From Octopus sinensis (taxonomy: Eukaryota), in assembly GCF_006345805.1 (NCBI RefSeq), contig NC_043002.1:39370001-39434000 (forward strand): 64,000 bases of DNA, written 5' to 3'. Of this stretch, positions 13,616 to 26,025 are shown piece after piece. The notes under the pieces are model-generated. The model searched no databases. It saw nothing but the letters and a program-made list of their open reading frames with translations, and was not told the DNA's origin. The translations under genes were made by a program, and so were the position numbers. The first letter of the stretch is position 1. Every line of letters starts with the position of its first letter.

Positions 13616-14890
13616 TTACTTTGGTAACTCCATTCTTTTTAACACATCGTAATCAACAACTAAAGGTGGAGTCTTATACAACCAATACCCTTTTATCACT
13701 TTCATATGCCCAAAAAATCCATCCATAAATCTCTCAAACTTTTCCTCGGGTGTCATAATACCCCTATTATCCGCATCAAATTCTTCTCCTGACAGTTTCA
13801 CTCTCACCAGTCCCTTCCGTTTCGCAATTTTTCTCTCTGCATCCATACTCTTCTCATAGACAACCATGGAACCCTTGTATTTACCTTGTTCTTCTCCTGT
13901 TTTTTCCCCTCTCTCTTGCATATTTTTGGCTTCGATTTTTCCTTACCTTTCTTTGGTTCTACTGAATTTTCTCTTGCCTTTGTTCTCTTCCTTTTTTGTG
14001 TGTATGTGTGTGTGTGTGTAGGGGGGGACAAATCTGTCACTCCCCTCCTTTTTGTTTCTTTCACCCCACTCATTTCCTTCTCTTTAGCTTCCTGGGTACA
14101 ATCCTCCTCGTTTTTATCTTTCCTTGTATATAATTTCTCCTCCGTCTCCCTCTCCTTCTCCTTCACACTATGCGTGTACTCAAAAAAGGGGCACTGAGCC
14201 TTCATGCGACCCCTCACGCCGCATATATAGCATTTCGGCCTCCGTCTCTCCACGACCACATTCAACGTTTTCTCCTCCTCGACTTTAATCTGGTAGGGGA
14301 TCTTCTCGATATCTTCAAATGTGGCGAAAAGCCACATTTCAACTCCAAGTCCCCATCAGTTCAACTTTTTCGTCTCTCCAACAGGTCCCAGTTCTGGGTC
14401 ATCATCGACTACAGCCAGAATAGCTGCAACCAACCACTCCGTTTTAAATGCTGGTGGTACTCTCGGTATCCTGATTCGAACTCTGCGCCTTCCCCTGTAA
14501 CTGGGTAACAGCGCCACCTTCTCCTGTTCTCAGAATGGTGGTGAAATGTGAGGCCACATCTTCCTTTGTGGCAAACCTCGCCTCCACCGTGCCGAACCTT
14601 CTTCCTCTGCCGTTGTATGTTGCCTTATTTACAATGTCTCCCAGGCATTCTTCTATATCTTTCTCTGTCACTCTCTCTATCTTGTTGGTGGCGACTGCTT
14701 GTGTTCGATACACCACCGTCTTCAAACTTTTATCTTTTACAATTTTTTACGGAGGCATCAACTTAATAGTATCTCTCTCCTTCTTTATCAATTTTTCGCT
14801 TTTTAAAATTTCATCTATGTCGATGTTTATTTGTTTGGCATCCAAAGGCGCGGCCGTTCTCGCCGCAGCGGTTTTTGCATCGCTCGCCAT
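13616..14890 (-). pseudogene. gag-like ORF1 of a non-LTR (L1/Tx1-like) retroelement, frameshifted
   Basis: The joined frames read MASDAKT...GRRFGTVEARFAT...LLPSYRGRRRVRIRIPRVPPAF...VVVERRRPKCYICGVRGRMKAQCP (CX2CX4[H>R]X4C knuckle), followed by a Lys/Glu-rich tail. No APE/RT ORF follows. Confidence 0.62.
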
Positions 14891-15109
14891 AATACGGCTA
14901 CGTTTCTTTTTTTCATCCAAAATGGGGTAAAAAGTACAGTAAAAACAACAACAGCAGAAAATAACGGGCTCGCGCGATAACACTAATTCCAACAAGTTTC
15001 AACAAATTTAACAAGTCTCAAAAAAATTTCTCAACAGATTCTCTCTCCCCCCTCTCTCTTTTTCTCTGAGGAGACATCGATACTCAGTAGATCTTTCAGG
15101 AAACTGTAT

Positions 15110-17140
15110 AAGGACCACTATTGTCCATGGTGTCTTTCTCTCGGACATGCATTTAGTCATATAGTCAGCCATTCTCACCATCTGTGGTGATGATATAAAA
15201 GTATAAGAAGCAATTAAAGACCTGAAGATAACTCAAAACAACAGAAAAATTTGATCGCAGTCTACAAGTGGGCTAAAGAAAACAATATGCAATTTAATGC
15301 TGACAAGTTTTAAATACTCCTACGACGATCTACCAACAGATTTCAATCAGGATACTCAAGATCATATAACATTGTAATCCTACACTCAGAGACAAGTCGA
15401 TGCGTGACCTGCGAATTCACTTGAATGGCGACGTATCATTCCGCGTGCAATTTACTAAGATGGTAACAATGTGCCGGTTGGATTCTGAGATCATTCAGAA
15501 TACGGAAAAGGGAAACCATGCTGCTCTTACGGAGAACATTTGTGCTCAGTGGCAATCCAAAACCACAATCCCAATCAGATTTCCACGTTCCAACAGATGG
15601 ACTACCGGGAGAAGCTAAAAGAGCTGAGGCTCTTCTCCCACGAGAGAAGACGCGAAAGATATGCAGTTTGATAGATATACACGAGGGTGGACTGAAAAGT
15701 TCATAGGCTGACTATGAAAGAGTGATGCTAGAGCTGTGAAATCCCGCATGCATTAATTTCAACCCGTCTTATTGATAACTGCATTGTTTCTTTCCAATTA
15801 ATCTAGTATCTGAATGTTCAAAGAACACTTTAAAAGTAACTAGTAGCGACTTCTTTTGAAAATGGACAAAATTTCGCATCGTGCTGTTATCAAGTACTTA
15901 CAGAAAAAGGGTTTAGCACCCAGCCCTCCCCCATCTCACAAGGACATTCAAGCTGACATGGATGTTACATTAGGGGATGATACTCCGGCTTTATCAACAG
16001 TGCGAATGTGGGCAGCAGAATTTAAGAGGAGAAGAGAGAATCTTGAAGATGACCCGAGGTCTGGACGTCCTACAACTACAAATATTGAGGAAAACATTGA
16101 TCATGTTCATCACATGGTGATGGATGACAGGCGATTGATTATAAATCAAATAGCCAATGATATTTGTATATTTCGTGATGGAGTTGAGAATATTTTGCAC
16201 AATGAACTTGGCATGACGAAGGTTTCTACTTGGTGTAGGCCACATTTTCTGACACCTGATCAAAGGCGCACCAGGCTGATCACATCACAGAAAAATCTGA
16301 GATTGTTTTATGTAGGTTCAGCTAGTTTCCTTAAAGGTTTCCTTACCCAGGATGAGTGTTAGTTTCATCACTTTAAACGAGAGGCAAAGAGACAGTCCAT
16401 GTAGAGCAAACACCCCTTCACATCTGCTCCAAATAAGACCAAAATAGTTTCATCTGCAGGGAACGTGGTGGCCTCAGCTTCGGGGGATGCAGAAAGCATT
16501 GTGTTTACTGGCTATCTTCAAAAGGGTCACACAGTCAATGGAGAGTACTGTGCCAACTTGCTGAGGTAGTTACGAAAAGCTATCAAGATCAAAACCCAGA
16601 AAAACTGAAGGAAGGGATTTTGTTTCATCAAGATTATACTCCAGTGAACAAACCTTTCGTTTCAGTGACTGTTGTGGCTTTAAACTGGTTGAGCACCTTC
16701 CCTGTTCTCCTGATTTGGCCCCATCTGACTATCATTTGTTCCTCACCATGACAAAACACTTGGCGGGAAACCAGTATCGCAGTGATGATGATGTCATCCG
16801 CTGCTGGCGACTCTTTTGGGATCAAACGAACGAAAGTTTCTTCACCAATGGGATCAAGGCACTGCAATACCGATGGAAGAAGTGTGTGTGGACCGTAAGG
16901 GGAACTATGCTGAAAAATAAACCTAATTACATAAGAATGTCTTGATCAGCCTATGAATTTTTCAGTCGACCCTCGTAGATGTGAATGTTTTCAAAGAACA
17001 TTTAGGCAAATTTTTATGTGATACACCAGATGAACCACATCATAGCAAAAAACGCAAAGAATGGCAATTGTTCAACTCTCTACACCACCAGGACCGATTC
17101 TAGGGACAGGACCTGAAAGTAAGTTTAAAATAAACAAGCT
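15110..17140 (+). mobile_element. degenerate CR1/L2-like LINE 3' region, interrupted by the mariner
   Basis: WAKENNMQFNADKF and RDLRIHLNGDVSF lie before the mariner; VNVFKEHLGKFLCDTPDEP lies after it. Confidence 0.55.
15680..16977 (+). mobile_element. full-length but inactive mariner transposon
   Basis: ~30-bp TIRs (acgagggtggactgaaaagttcataggctga / tcagcctatgaatttttcagtcgaccctcgta), ~1.3 kb long. Transposase remnants are MDKISHRAVIKYL..EDDPRSGRP..FLTQDEC and CSPDLAPSDYHLF, with multiple stops and frameshifts. Confidence 0.93.
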
Positions 17141-17198
17141 TAGCGTTAATGCCGATGCCCCAACATGGCCGCAGTTTCTGACGGAAACCAATAATAGA

Positions 17199-17237
<39 letters not shown>

Positions 17238-17532
17238 CGCGCGCGCGATATTCGTTTTATTATCAGAAAGTGAAAATAAACACGTTGACATTCGGTGATG
17301 TCATATCTATTTATTTTCAAATCCTACTCCACCTACCATAAGGAAAAAAACTTTTCCAAATTATTTTCAATCTATATCGCCCCACACAAATTTTCTTTCG
17401 ACCAATATTTTTTAATTCCATGTACAGTACCCACACACACACAGCGCGAGGGGCGGATTTAGAGTTAAGATAGCAGGTGGGAGGAATACAATTTAGAGAC
17501 AGCAAAAGTTATTTTTCAAAAATCGAGATAGT

Positions 17533-17839
17533 GATGTATGTATGTGTGTGTGTATGTATGTATGTATGTATGTATGTATGTATGTATGTATGTATGTATG
17601 TATGTATGTATGTATGTATGTATGTACGTACGTACGTATGTATGTATGTATGTATGTATGTATGTATGTGAAAAAACTATATGGTTAATGGACAATATGT
17701 CCAATTTTTCGGCATATTTGACATTAGAAATTTTTTGTTTATAAATTTAACCTTTAAAGGTATTTTTTAATATGCTGGCCATTGATAAAAAATTTTTCGA
17801 AAGGAATTTTTTTTTGAAAATATTTTTATCCTATATTAG

Positions 17840-17870
<31 letters not shown>

Positions 17871-17990
17871 TGTATGTATGTATGTATGTATGTATGTATG
17901 TATGTATGTATGTGTGTATGTATGTATGTACGTACGCATGTATGTATGAATGTATGCATGTATATACGTACGTATATATATGTATGCGTT
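17533..17990. repeat. (TATG)n microsatellites upstream of the CTSZ promoter
   Basis: Two long gtat arrays at ~17533-17670 and ~17841-17990. Confidence 0.9.
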
Positions 17991-18289
17991 TACATTCTTA
18001 TGTGTGTATGTATTTTTGTGTACAAGAGTGCGTGCATAGGTTTCTGTGTAACTGTGTTAATGTTAGCAGCGAGATAACATATTGACTTGACGAACTAAGA
18101 TTCACGAGATCAGAACCAGACTAATATATGTGTCGATATCGATAGGATCGACTAGACTAATGAAGGCGGTGCCCCAGCAACCGGGCAGTACAAAGAAAAA
18201 CTGAAACTAATAAAAAAATTGGACGACTGAAAGCGTACGAACGCACACACTCACACATACACACGAATACACACAAACACACGCTTAGA

Positions 18290-18325
18290 TATAAAGGGAA
18301 GTAACTCTGTTGTAGTATCAGACGA
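18290..18325 (+). promoter_or_regulatory. putative core promoter of CTSZ (TATA box + Inr-like)
   Basis: TATAAA at 18290-18295 and an Inr-like TCAGAC at 18318-18323, about 30 nt apart. The Inr-like site is about 50 nt upstream of the ATG. No transcript evidence is available. Confidence 0.45.
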
Positions 18326-18371
18326 ACACTTTATCAATTAGCGTCAACTTGGAAGCGAATCAAACTCCACG

Positions 18372-18514
18372 ATGAATCATTTTGTTGTTTTGTCACTGGT
18401 AATTTTCTTTACTTTTTGTGCTTCAGTAACTTTAGGTGGTGATTTAGCGAAATTGCTGCGACGGAATCCTTGCTTCAAATCCAATTTTTCGTCCAAATAT
18501 CCGAGAGAAGTCAG
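18372..18514 (+). CDS. CTSZ: cathepsin Z/X exon 1 (signal peptide + short propeptide)
   Basis: The ATG at 18372 gives MNHFVVLSLVIFFTFCASVTLGGDLAKLLRRNPCFKSNFSSKYPREV: a hydrophobic signal peptide plus the propeptide Cys (PCF). The donor is AG|gtaaag, phase 2, which matches exon 2. Confidence 0.88.
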
Positions 18515-19725
18515 GTAAAGGGGTTTTGTTCATTTTTTCTTACCGATTGTTTACATGTATATATATATACATTGTTTGATCATGTGATGGTGACAGACAG
18601 ATCTTTAAAAATTTTAAGAATAAGATTTACTAAACATTAAAGTAGCTAAATAACCGATCGCCTGATTAGTGTCCGGCTTTCTTTTTTCCCTTAGAGAATT
18701 ATCAACATGTGCCGTTAGAATATGAGAAGATATGTATAATACAGCTTTTTATTTCGCGTTAATTTTATTACACTTATAACACGAATGTATATGACACATA
18801 AATAGTACAAAAGGAAGGCAGGAGAAAAAAAAAAGTAAAAAGAGAAAGAAAAGAAAGAAAAAACATCAATGCAACATCAAGTGCTTCAATTGGTTATACA
18901 TTGTCAATCCAGGGACTGTGTTTATTCGAATATCGTTTACATGTGGTGTAGATTATCTATGATTATCGTCTTACGTAATAAGAAAGTTTGCTTGTTTGAT
19001 AAGCCATTCTTTGGGAGATAGCTTAAACAGTTTGTCTTCGTTTTGCAATAATTTTTTTTTTATATATATAGGCACATGACCCGAAATTCTGTGGGAGAGG
19101 GGCTAGTCAATTACATAAATCCTCATTGCTTAACTGATACTTATTTTATCGACCTGAATGAAAGGCAAAGTTTACCGCGGCGGAATTTGAAGTCAGAACG
19201 TAAAGACGGTCGAAATGCCGCTCAGCGCTATAACTGGCGTGCGAATGATTACTGCCAGTTCGCCGCTTTTTGTTTAATAATAACAAAATCATTGTTATAC
19301 AGTGCTCATGTGCACAGTTCGTGAGAGATGGGTTAAAGATAAGACAGAAAGCGGTAGTTAAGTAAAGAACAAAATAAAAGTTTAAAGTACATGTACAGTG
19401 CATAGAATAAAGCACGAAAGAGGAAAGTGATGAGTCAAAGAGGAAAGAAGCGAGGCCACAAGCACATCAGGAGTAGTATCGGGAAGCACGGAGTTTTCTA
19501 AGACTGCATTGTTCTAATCTTGATATTTACCAAATGATTGATTATATTCTGTGCGATAGGAATCGTTTCACGAGTCATGAAAAAAAAAAGTCCAATCTTG
19601 TAGTCAACTACATTGACATCCGTGTTCAAGTGGTACTTATTTTATCAAGTCCAGAAGAACGGTGGCATTTGAACTCAAAATTTAAGAGTTGGAAGAAATT
19701 GCAACTGAGCATTTAATATGCATAT

Positions 19726-19852
<127 letters not shown>

Positions 19853-20173
19853 AAAGATGAGAATGTGTATCTGTGTGTTTGTGTGGATCCCTAAAACTTG
19901 AGAACTACACAACCAATTTCATTCAAATTTTACACATGTCTTACTTAGGGTCCATGTAGTGTTATAGGCCAAAAACAATTTTAACTTCTTGCCTAGTGCA
20001 AGCCCAGAGCAATATCATATCTCCTCCACTATTTCAGTATTGTGTCAAAAGTGAAACAATAATATCTCTCTATTGTAATGTCAGATATTTTCACATTTTA
20101 ATAATTTCACTTTAATACTGAAACTATTAAAGTGGAACTATTATCTCACATATATACAGGCATACATATATAC

Positions 20174-20228
<55 letters not shown>

Positions 20229-20970
20229 CATGCATACATATACATGTATATATATAGATGTATATGTATACATGTATATGTGTAGATATAGATATATAGA
20301 TGTACATGTAATATGTACACATATATGCATGCATACATATATATACACCCATACACACACACACACACACATACATATGTGCAGGTGTGGCAGTGTGGTA
20401 AGAAACTTGGTTCCAAAACACATGGTCCTGGGTTCAGTCCCATCGTGTGGTGACTTGGCATGTGTCTTCTGCCATAGCCTCAGACCAACCAAAACCTTGT
20501 GAGTGGATTTCGTAGACAGAAACTGAAAGAAATCAATCGTATATATATGTATGTATATATGTAAGTGTATGTGTGTGTCTTTGTCTCTGTGTTTCTCCCT
20601 CATCACTGCTTCACAACTGCTGTTCCTTTATTTTCACCCCCATAACTTACTGGTTTGACAAGAAGAAACTGATAGAATAAGTACCAGCCACTGACCGAAT
20701 AGGTATGAAAGAAATTTTTTTGTTCTGTCAAAAAATGATGGATTGTTTTCCTTCAACCTTCTACCTCAGCCGTGTCCTTTAAGGTTCAAGTGGACAAGAA
20801 GTGACCTACATAGGTAGGAATTTCTCCTGTGGTATGTCTGTCCTTCTAGCTGTCATGACCATTATAAATACAGCAAGCCGTCGAAGGATGGCGGACAGAC
20901 AGACAGAGATAGCCACGAGACAGCCAGCCAGTAACTTTGCCAGTTAAACAAGCAATGCAGATTCAGATTT

Positions 20971-21352
20971 GGAGGCGCAATGGCCCAGTGGTTAGGGCAG
21001 CGGACTCGCGGTCGTAGGATCGCGGTTTCGATTCCCAGACCGGGTGTTGTGAGTGTTTATTGAGCGAAAACATCTAAAGCTCCACGAGGCTCCGGCAGGG
21101 ATGGTGGTGATCTCTGCTGTACTCTTTCACCACAACTTTCTCTCAATCTTACTTCCTGTTTCTGTTGAACCTGTATTTCAAAGGGCCAGCCTTGTCACTC
21201 TCTGTGTCACGCTGAATATCCCCGAGAACTACGTTAAGGGTACACGTGTCTGTGGAGTGCTCAGCCACTTACATGTTAATTTCACGAGCAGGCTGTTCCG
21301 TTGATCGGATCAACCAGAACCCTCATCATCGTAACCGATGGAGTGCTTCCAT
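20971..21352 (+). mobile_element. tRNA-derived SINE family C
   Basis: Head ggaggcgcaatggcccagtggttagggcagcggactcgcggtcgtaggatcgcggtttcgattccc; flanking TSD cagattcagat. Other copies at 2994, 24432 (TSD attacaattac) and 28064; variants at 33263 and 38730(-). Confidence 0.88.
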
Positions 21353-21701
21353 CCACAGATTCAGATATTCAACATGAATGACAGGAGCAGTTGCAGACAC
21401 CGCTGAATGACCAACACACATGCAGACACAAAATATGTTCGGTTCTATCTCATCATATCGACACAGTATTTACCCTGTTAATTTCTTCTTGACCAGCTTG
21501 AAGTAAAGTAGGTAATATCGTGTAGTGAAATTTTTGGTGTATCCAACAAGTAAATGCAAGGGTCGTTTAAGTAAATTATTTAAACTGCAATCCAATGTTT
21601 TCCGATTGTTTTACTTTGACATCTTCCACATGCCTATTTCATCTGCTACCTCAACATCTTTTGCTACACCTTTTCCACTACATGTATATGTATGTATATA
21701 C

Positions 21702-21782
<81 letters not shown>

Positions 21783-22269
21783 GTATGTATATTATATATG
21801 TATGTATATATACTCTTACTCTTTACTCTTTACTCTTTTACTTGTTTCAGTCATTTGACTGTGGCTATGCTGGAGCACCGCCTTTAGTCGATCAAATCGA
21901 CCCCGGGACTTTTTCTTTGTAAGCCCAGTACTTATTCTATCGGTCTCTTTTGCCGAACCGCTAAGTGACGGGGACGTAAACACACCAGCATCGGTTGTCA
22001 AGCAATACTAGGGGAACAAACACAGACACACAAACACGTACACACACATATATATACATATACATATATACGACAGGCTTCTTTCAGTTTCCGTCTACCA
22101 AATCCACTCACAAGGCATTGTCGGCCCGGGGCTATAGCAGAAGACACTTGCCCAAGGTATATATATATCTATGTATGTATATATATATATATATGTATAT
22201 ATCTATGTATGTATATATATATGTATGTATATATATATATATGTGTGTGTATGTATGTATATATATATG

Positions 22270-22300
<31 letters not shown>

Positions 22301-22431
22301 GTATGTGTATGTATGTATATACGTATATGTATGTATGCATATACATGTATATGTATATATGTATGTCTGTATATATATACGTATGTATATATATGTATAT
22401 GTATATATACATATATATATATACATATATG

Positions 22432-22467
<36 letters not shown>

Positions 22468-22988
22468 TACACACACACACAAGGGCAAAAGTCAAAGTCC
22501 ATGATGGCAGAATTTGAATTCAGAACTGGAAAAATCCTGCTTGGCATCTGGTCCACCACCCTAACCCTAATTCTGCCTACACACTTTCCTAAAAATAGTG
22601 TGCATATTAGTTGTTAAAATACTTTTTTCTATTTGATCATGTACAACATTTTTGCTGTTCAATTATATGACCATCCTTGTTTCCTATATGTGAGCATGTC
22701 CTAATTTATAATAGTTAATTTTCTTTATGGGAATGTTGCTCAGAACTTTAGCCCTTGTTTTTTTCTGAGAAATGGAGACATGAAGAAAAAATAAAATTTG
22801 ATAAGAAAACTTATTTTTCTTTTTCTTTGCCTAAATTTATATGGCTAGACAACAATCCTTCCAAAGTTATCTATATGCAAGTAAGTTCAATAAAACGGTA
22901 ATGCTGGTAGTATTTGTAAAAAAATCCTTTGCTTTGAGTAACTACTTGGAAAAGACATTTGACTATGTCATCAGCAAATAATAATAAT

Positions 22989-23026
<38 letters not shown>

Positions 23027-25611
23027 CAACAATAATGGTTTCAAATTTTGGCGCAAGGCCAAGTATTTTAGGGGAGGGTGCTAGTCGATTATATTGATCC
23101 CAGTGTTCAACTGGTACTTAATTTATCAAGCCCCAAAAGGATGAAAGGCAAAGTCGACCTTGGCAGAATCTGAATCCAGAATGTGCAGACAGACAAAATA
23201 CTGCTAAGCATTCTGCCCAGCATGCTAACGATTCTGCTAGTTTGCCACCTAATTTATAATAAGAATAATGATAATAATCCTTTCTACTATAGGCACAAGG
23301 CCTGAAATTTAGTGGGAGGGAAATAGTTGATTACATCGACCCCAGTGTTTCACTGGTACTTAATTTATTGACTACAAAAGGATGAAAGACAAAGTTGACC
23401 TCGGCAGAATTTGAACTCAGATGAAATGTGCTAAGCATTTTGCCTAGCATGCTAACAATTCAGCCAGCTCGCTGCCTTAAATAATAATTATAATAATTAA
23501 CTGATTGGAAATGTTATCATGTACATTGTTTTGTCTTGGTATAAAATATGGGCTACAGCAAATATTCTGCTCAATACCACAGATTTGCTTGTCAGTTATT
23601 TGACCTTAACCAGTTGACCATGTCCCTTTGTGGCTGACGATATGTGCATCTCTGACCACAAGCAAAAGTAGTGGGGGAGCAACATAGCCATGTGTTGAGA
23701 GGAATTCTTGGAGGTTTGGGTAATTCACCTTCGGAAACAGGGGTGGTTCGTTCAACATCTTTAAACAATCTTTAACAATCTTGGGACAATCTTTAAAAAT
23801 AGAACAATCTTTAACAAGCTTGAAAAAATGAGCAATATTGTGACAGACTGGTGTCCTGCCCAGTGAGGTGGGGAATATATAACTCATGGAAACCAGGAAA
23901 CTGGCCTTATGGATCTGTATAGTTCAGGAAGGAACTTTACATTTTTACTGTTGTTATTAAAACAAATTTCTGAAAGAAAAAAATCATTTTAAAACAATCA
24001 GCACACATGCATGTACGAACACACACACACACAAACATATACATGCTCAAACACCACTCAAATGCATTTGATACATGTGTAGTAGAAATATTCAACAGTC
24101 AAATCATTACACCCGAGGTCGCATTTTGTTTGTTACAATACTACCCACATGATGAATGAAAATATCTAACCAGTCATGATTTTGTGTGGAATAGGTTCCA
24201 GTGATGATTTCATCTTTTGGCATGCTTCTTTCTGAGCCTAACCATCAGTATAAGTTCAGCACACCTAGACCACTTGACCAAGAGTCTGGAGAGGGCAGAG
24301 ACAGATGCTATAGGAGATGGTCAACAGAGGTGACAGACAGCAGCTGGCTTGAGCTGACAACAACCACAAGGAACAATCAGTGACAGGAATACAACAATCA
24401 GTAGCTAACTTTTTGATTGCTATTACAATTACGGAGGTGTAATGGCCTAGTGGTTAGGGCTGCGGACTTGCGGTCGTAGGATCGCGGTCTTGATTCCCAG
24501 ACCGTGTGTTGTGAGTGTTTATTGAGCAAAAACACCTAAAGCTCCACGAGGCTCTGGCAGGGGGTGGTGGCGATCCCAGCTGTACTCTTTTGCCACAACT
24601 TTCTCTCACTCTTTCTTCTGTTGGCCTGCTCGCTTAGCTAGCAGGGTGGTGTCATTTGAAGGCTAAAACAATGTGAAGCGCATTGTGACCAGCGATGTGT
24701 AGCAACATCTGATAGCCTGGTCGGTCATGGTGATTACAATTACACCACAAACAATAACATTCAAACTCCCTTGATGTTTTGTCGTCTGTACTCCAAGTGG
24801 GTGAGACTCATGGAAGAAGAGGACCCAGGAAGAGATGGGACAAAATACTAAAAGACGACCTCAGAATGCTGAATCTTTTGGATGAGATGACAAAGGACCA
24901 AGATACCTGTACTCAAGAAGATGTACCCTCTACAGTGGAAGTGTTAAGGCCACATTGCCTTGTGAAGAGAATTGGCTTGCAAGGGTCCTGTGCCGGTGCC
25001 ATGTAAAAAAAAACTCTCATGCCAGTAGCATGTTAAAAGAACCCAGCACACACTGTAATGTGTTTGGCATTAGGAAGGGCATCCAGCTGTAAAAACCAAG
25101 TCAAATCAGACTGGAACTAGGTGCAGTTCTCTGGCTTGCCAGCTCCAGTCAAACTGTCCAACCCACACCAGCATGGAAAACGGACATTAAAGGATGATGA
25201 TGATGATGAGGATTATGAGTTATTACAACTTTTTCTTTTTGTTCACAGGAAGGATAAAATTTTGTTTGTCAAAAACCTCAACAAATTCAATGAATGTATT
25301 AAAAAAAACATAAAAACATTGACATATTTTGAGCAAAAACCAGTCAACTATTGAAGAATTTCCCCAGATTCAAACAAACCAACAATTTATTGAAATTAAT
25401 CCACAGTTTGACATATTTAGATAAACTTATCATCAAAACAACCAACCGGAAATCTTTTGTTCTTTGTTTCATTTTTCAATAAACAGCTTACATTTCTTAT
25501 ATATACTGGAATCAATAAACACCTGGCCTATTTGGATAAAAATGCCACTCAAACTGCTTAAAAGACAAAAAGCTTATTTATCCTTTGTTTCAGCACACAC
25601 ACACACAAGTG

Positions 25612-26025
25612 TACGAGTGGGTCAGACATTTCTGAGATGACCGAAAAAATGGCGAAATTGACGAACATTCTGGAAGACCTGCAACCAACAGAACTGAGAA
25701 AAACATTGCAGATGTGCATGCAGCTGTGAGGGGAAATCATCAAATCACCATTTGTGAGTTATCAGAGGATATGCAGATTAGTTACAGTTCAGTTCAGTCC
25801 ATTATCACTGAAGATTTGGGTACGAGACTTGTGTCTGCGAAATCTGTGCCAAAACTGCTTTTAGCTGACCAAAAGGACACATGGGTTTCAGTTGCACAAG
25901 ATCTCCTTGATTTTGTTGAGAACGATGAAAACTTTTTGAAAACTTTGCGTAGGCCACTGAGCAGGTATCACCAAGCTTTTGGTAAAATTTGATGCAGATT
26001 CTCTGCTTAACTTTGCTCTGTACAC
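25612..26025. mobile_element. rearranged mariner transposase fragment
   Basis: Plus strand: ITICELSEDMQISYSSVQSIITEDLGTRLVSAKSVPKLL (HTH2/WVPxxL region). Adjacent minus strand: KQRICIKFYQKLGDTCS (transposase N-terminus). Confidence 0.7.

Noticed and set aside
20971-21045. tRNA-like sequences (also at 2994, 24432, 28064, 57495)
   Set aside because: They are SINE heads continuing into repeat bodies, several with TSDs; no complete cloverleaf or acceptor stem.
21995-22617. Multiple YI/VC/TH-repeat ORFs here and throughout the ORF track
   Set aside because: Artefacts of (TA)n/(TG)n microsatellites, which lack stop codons.
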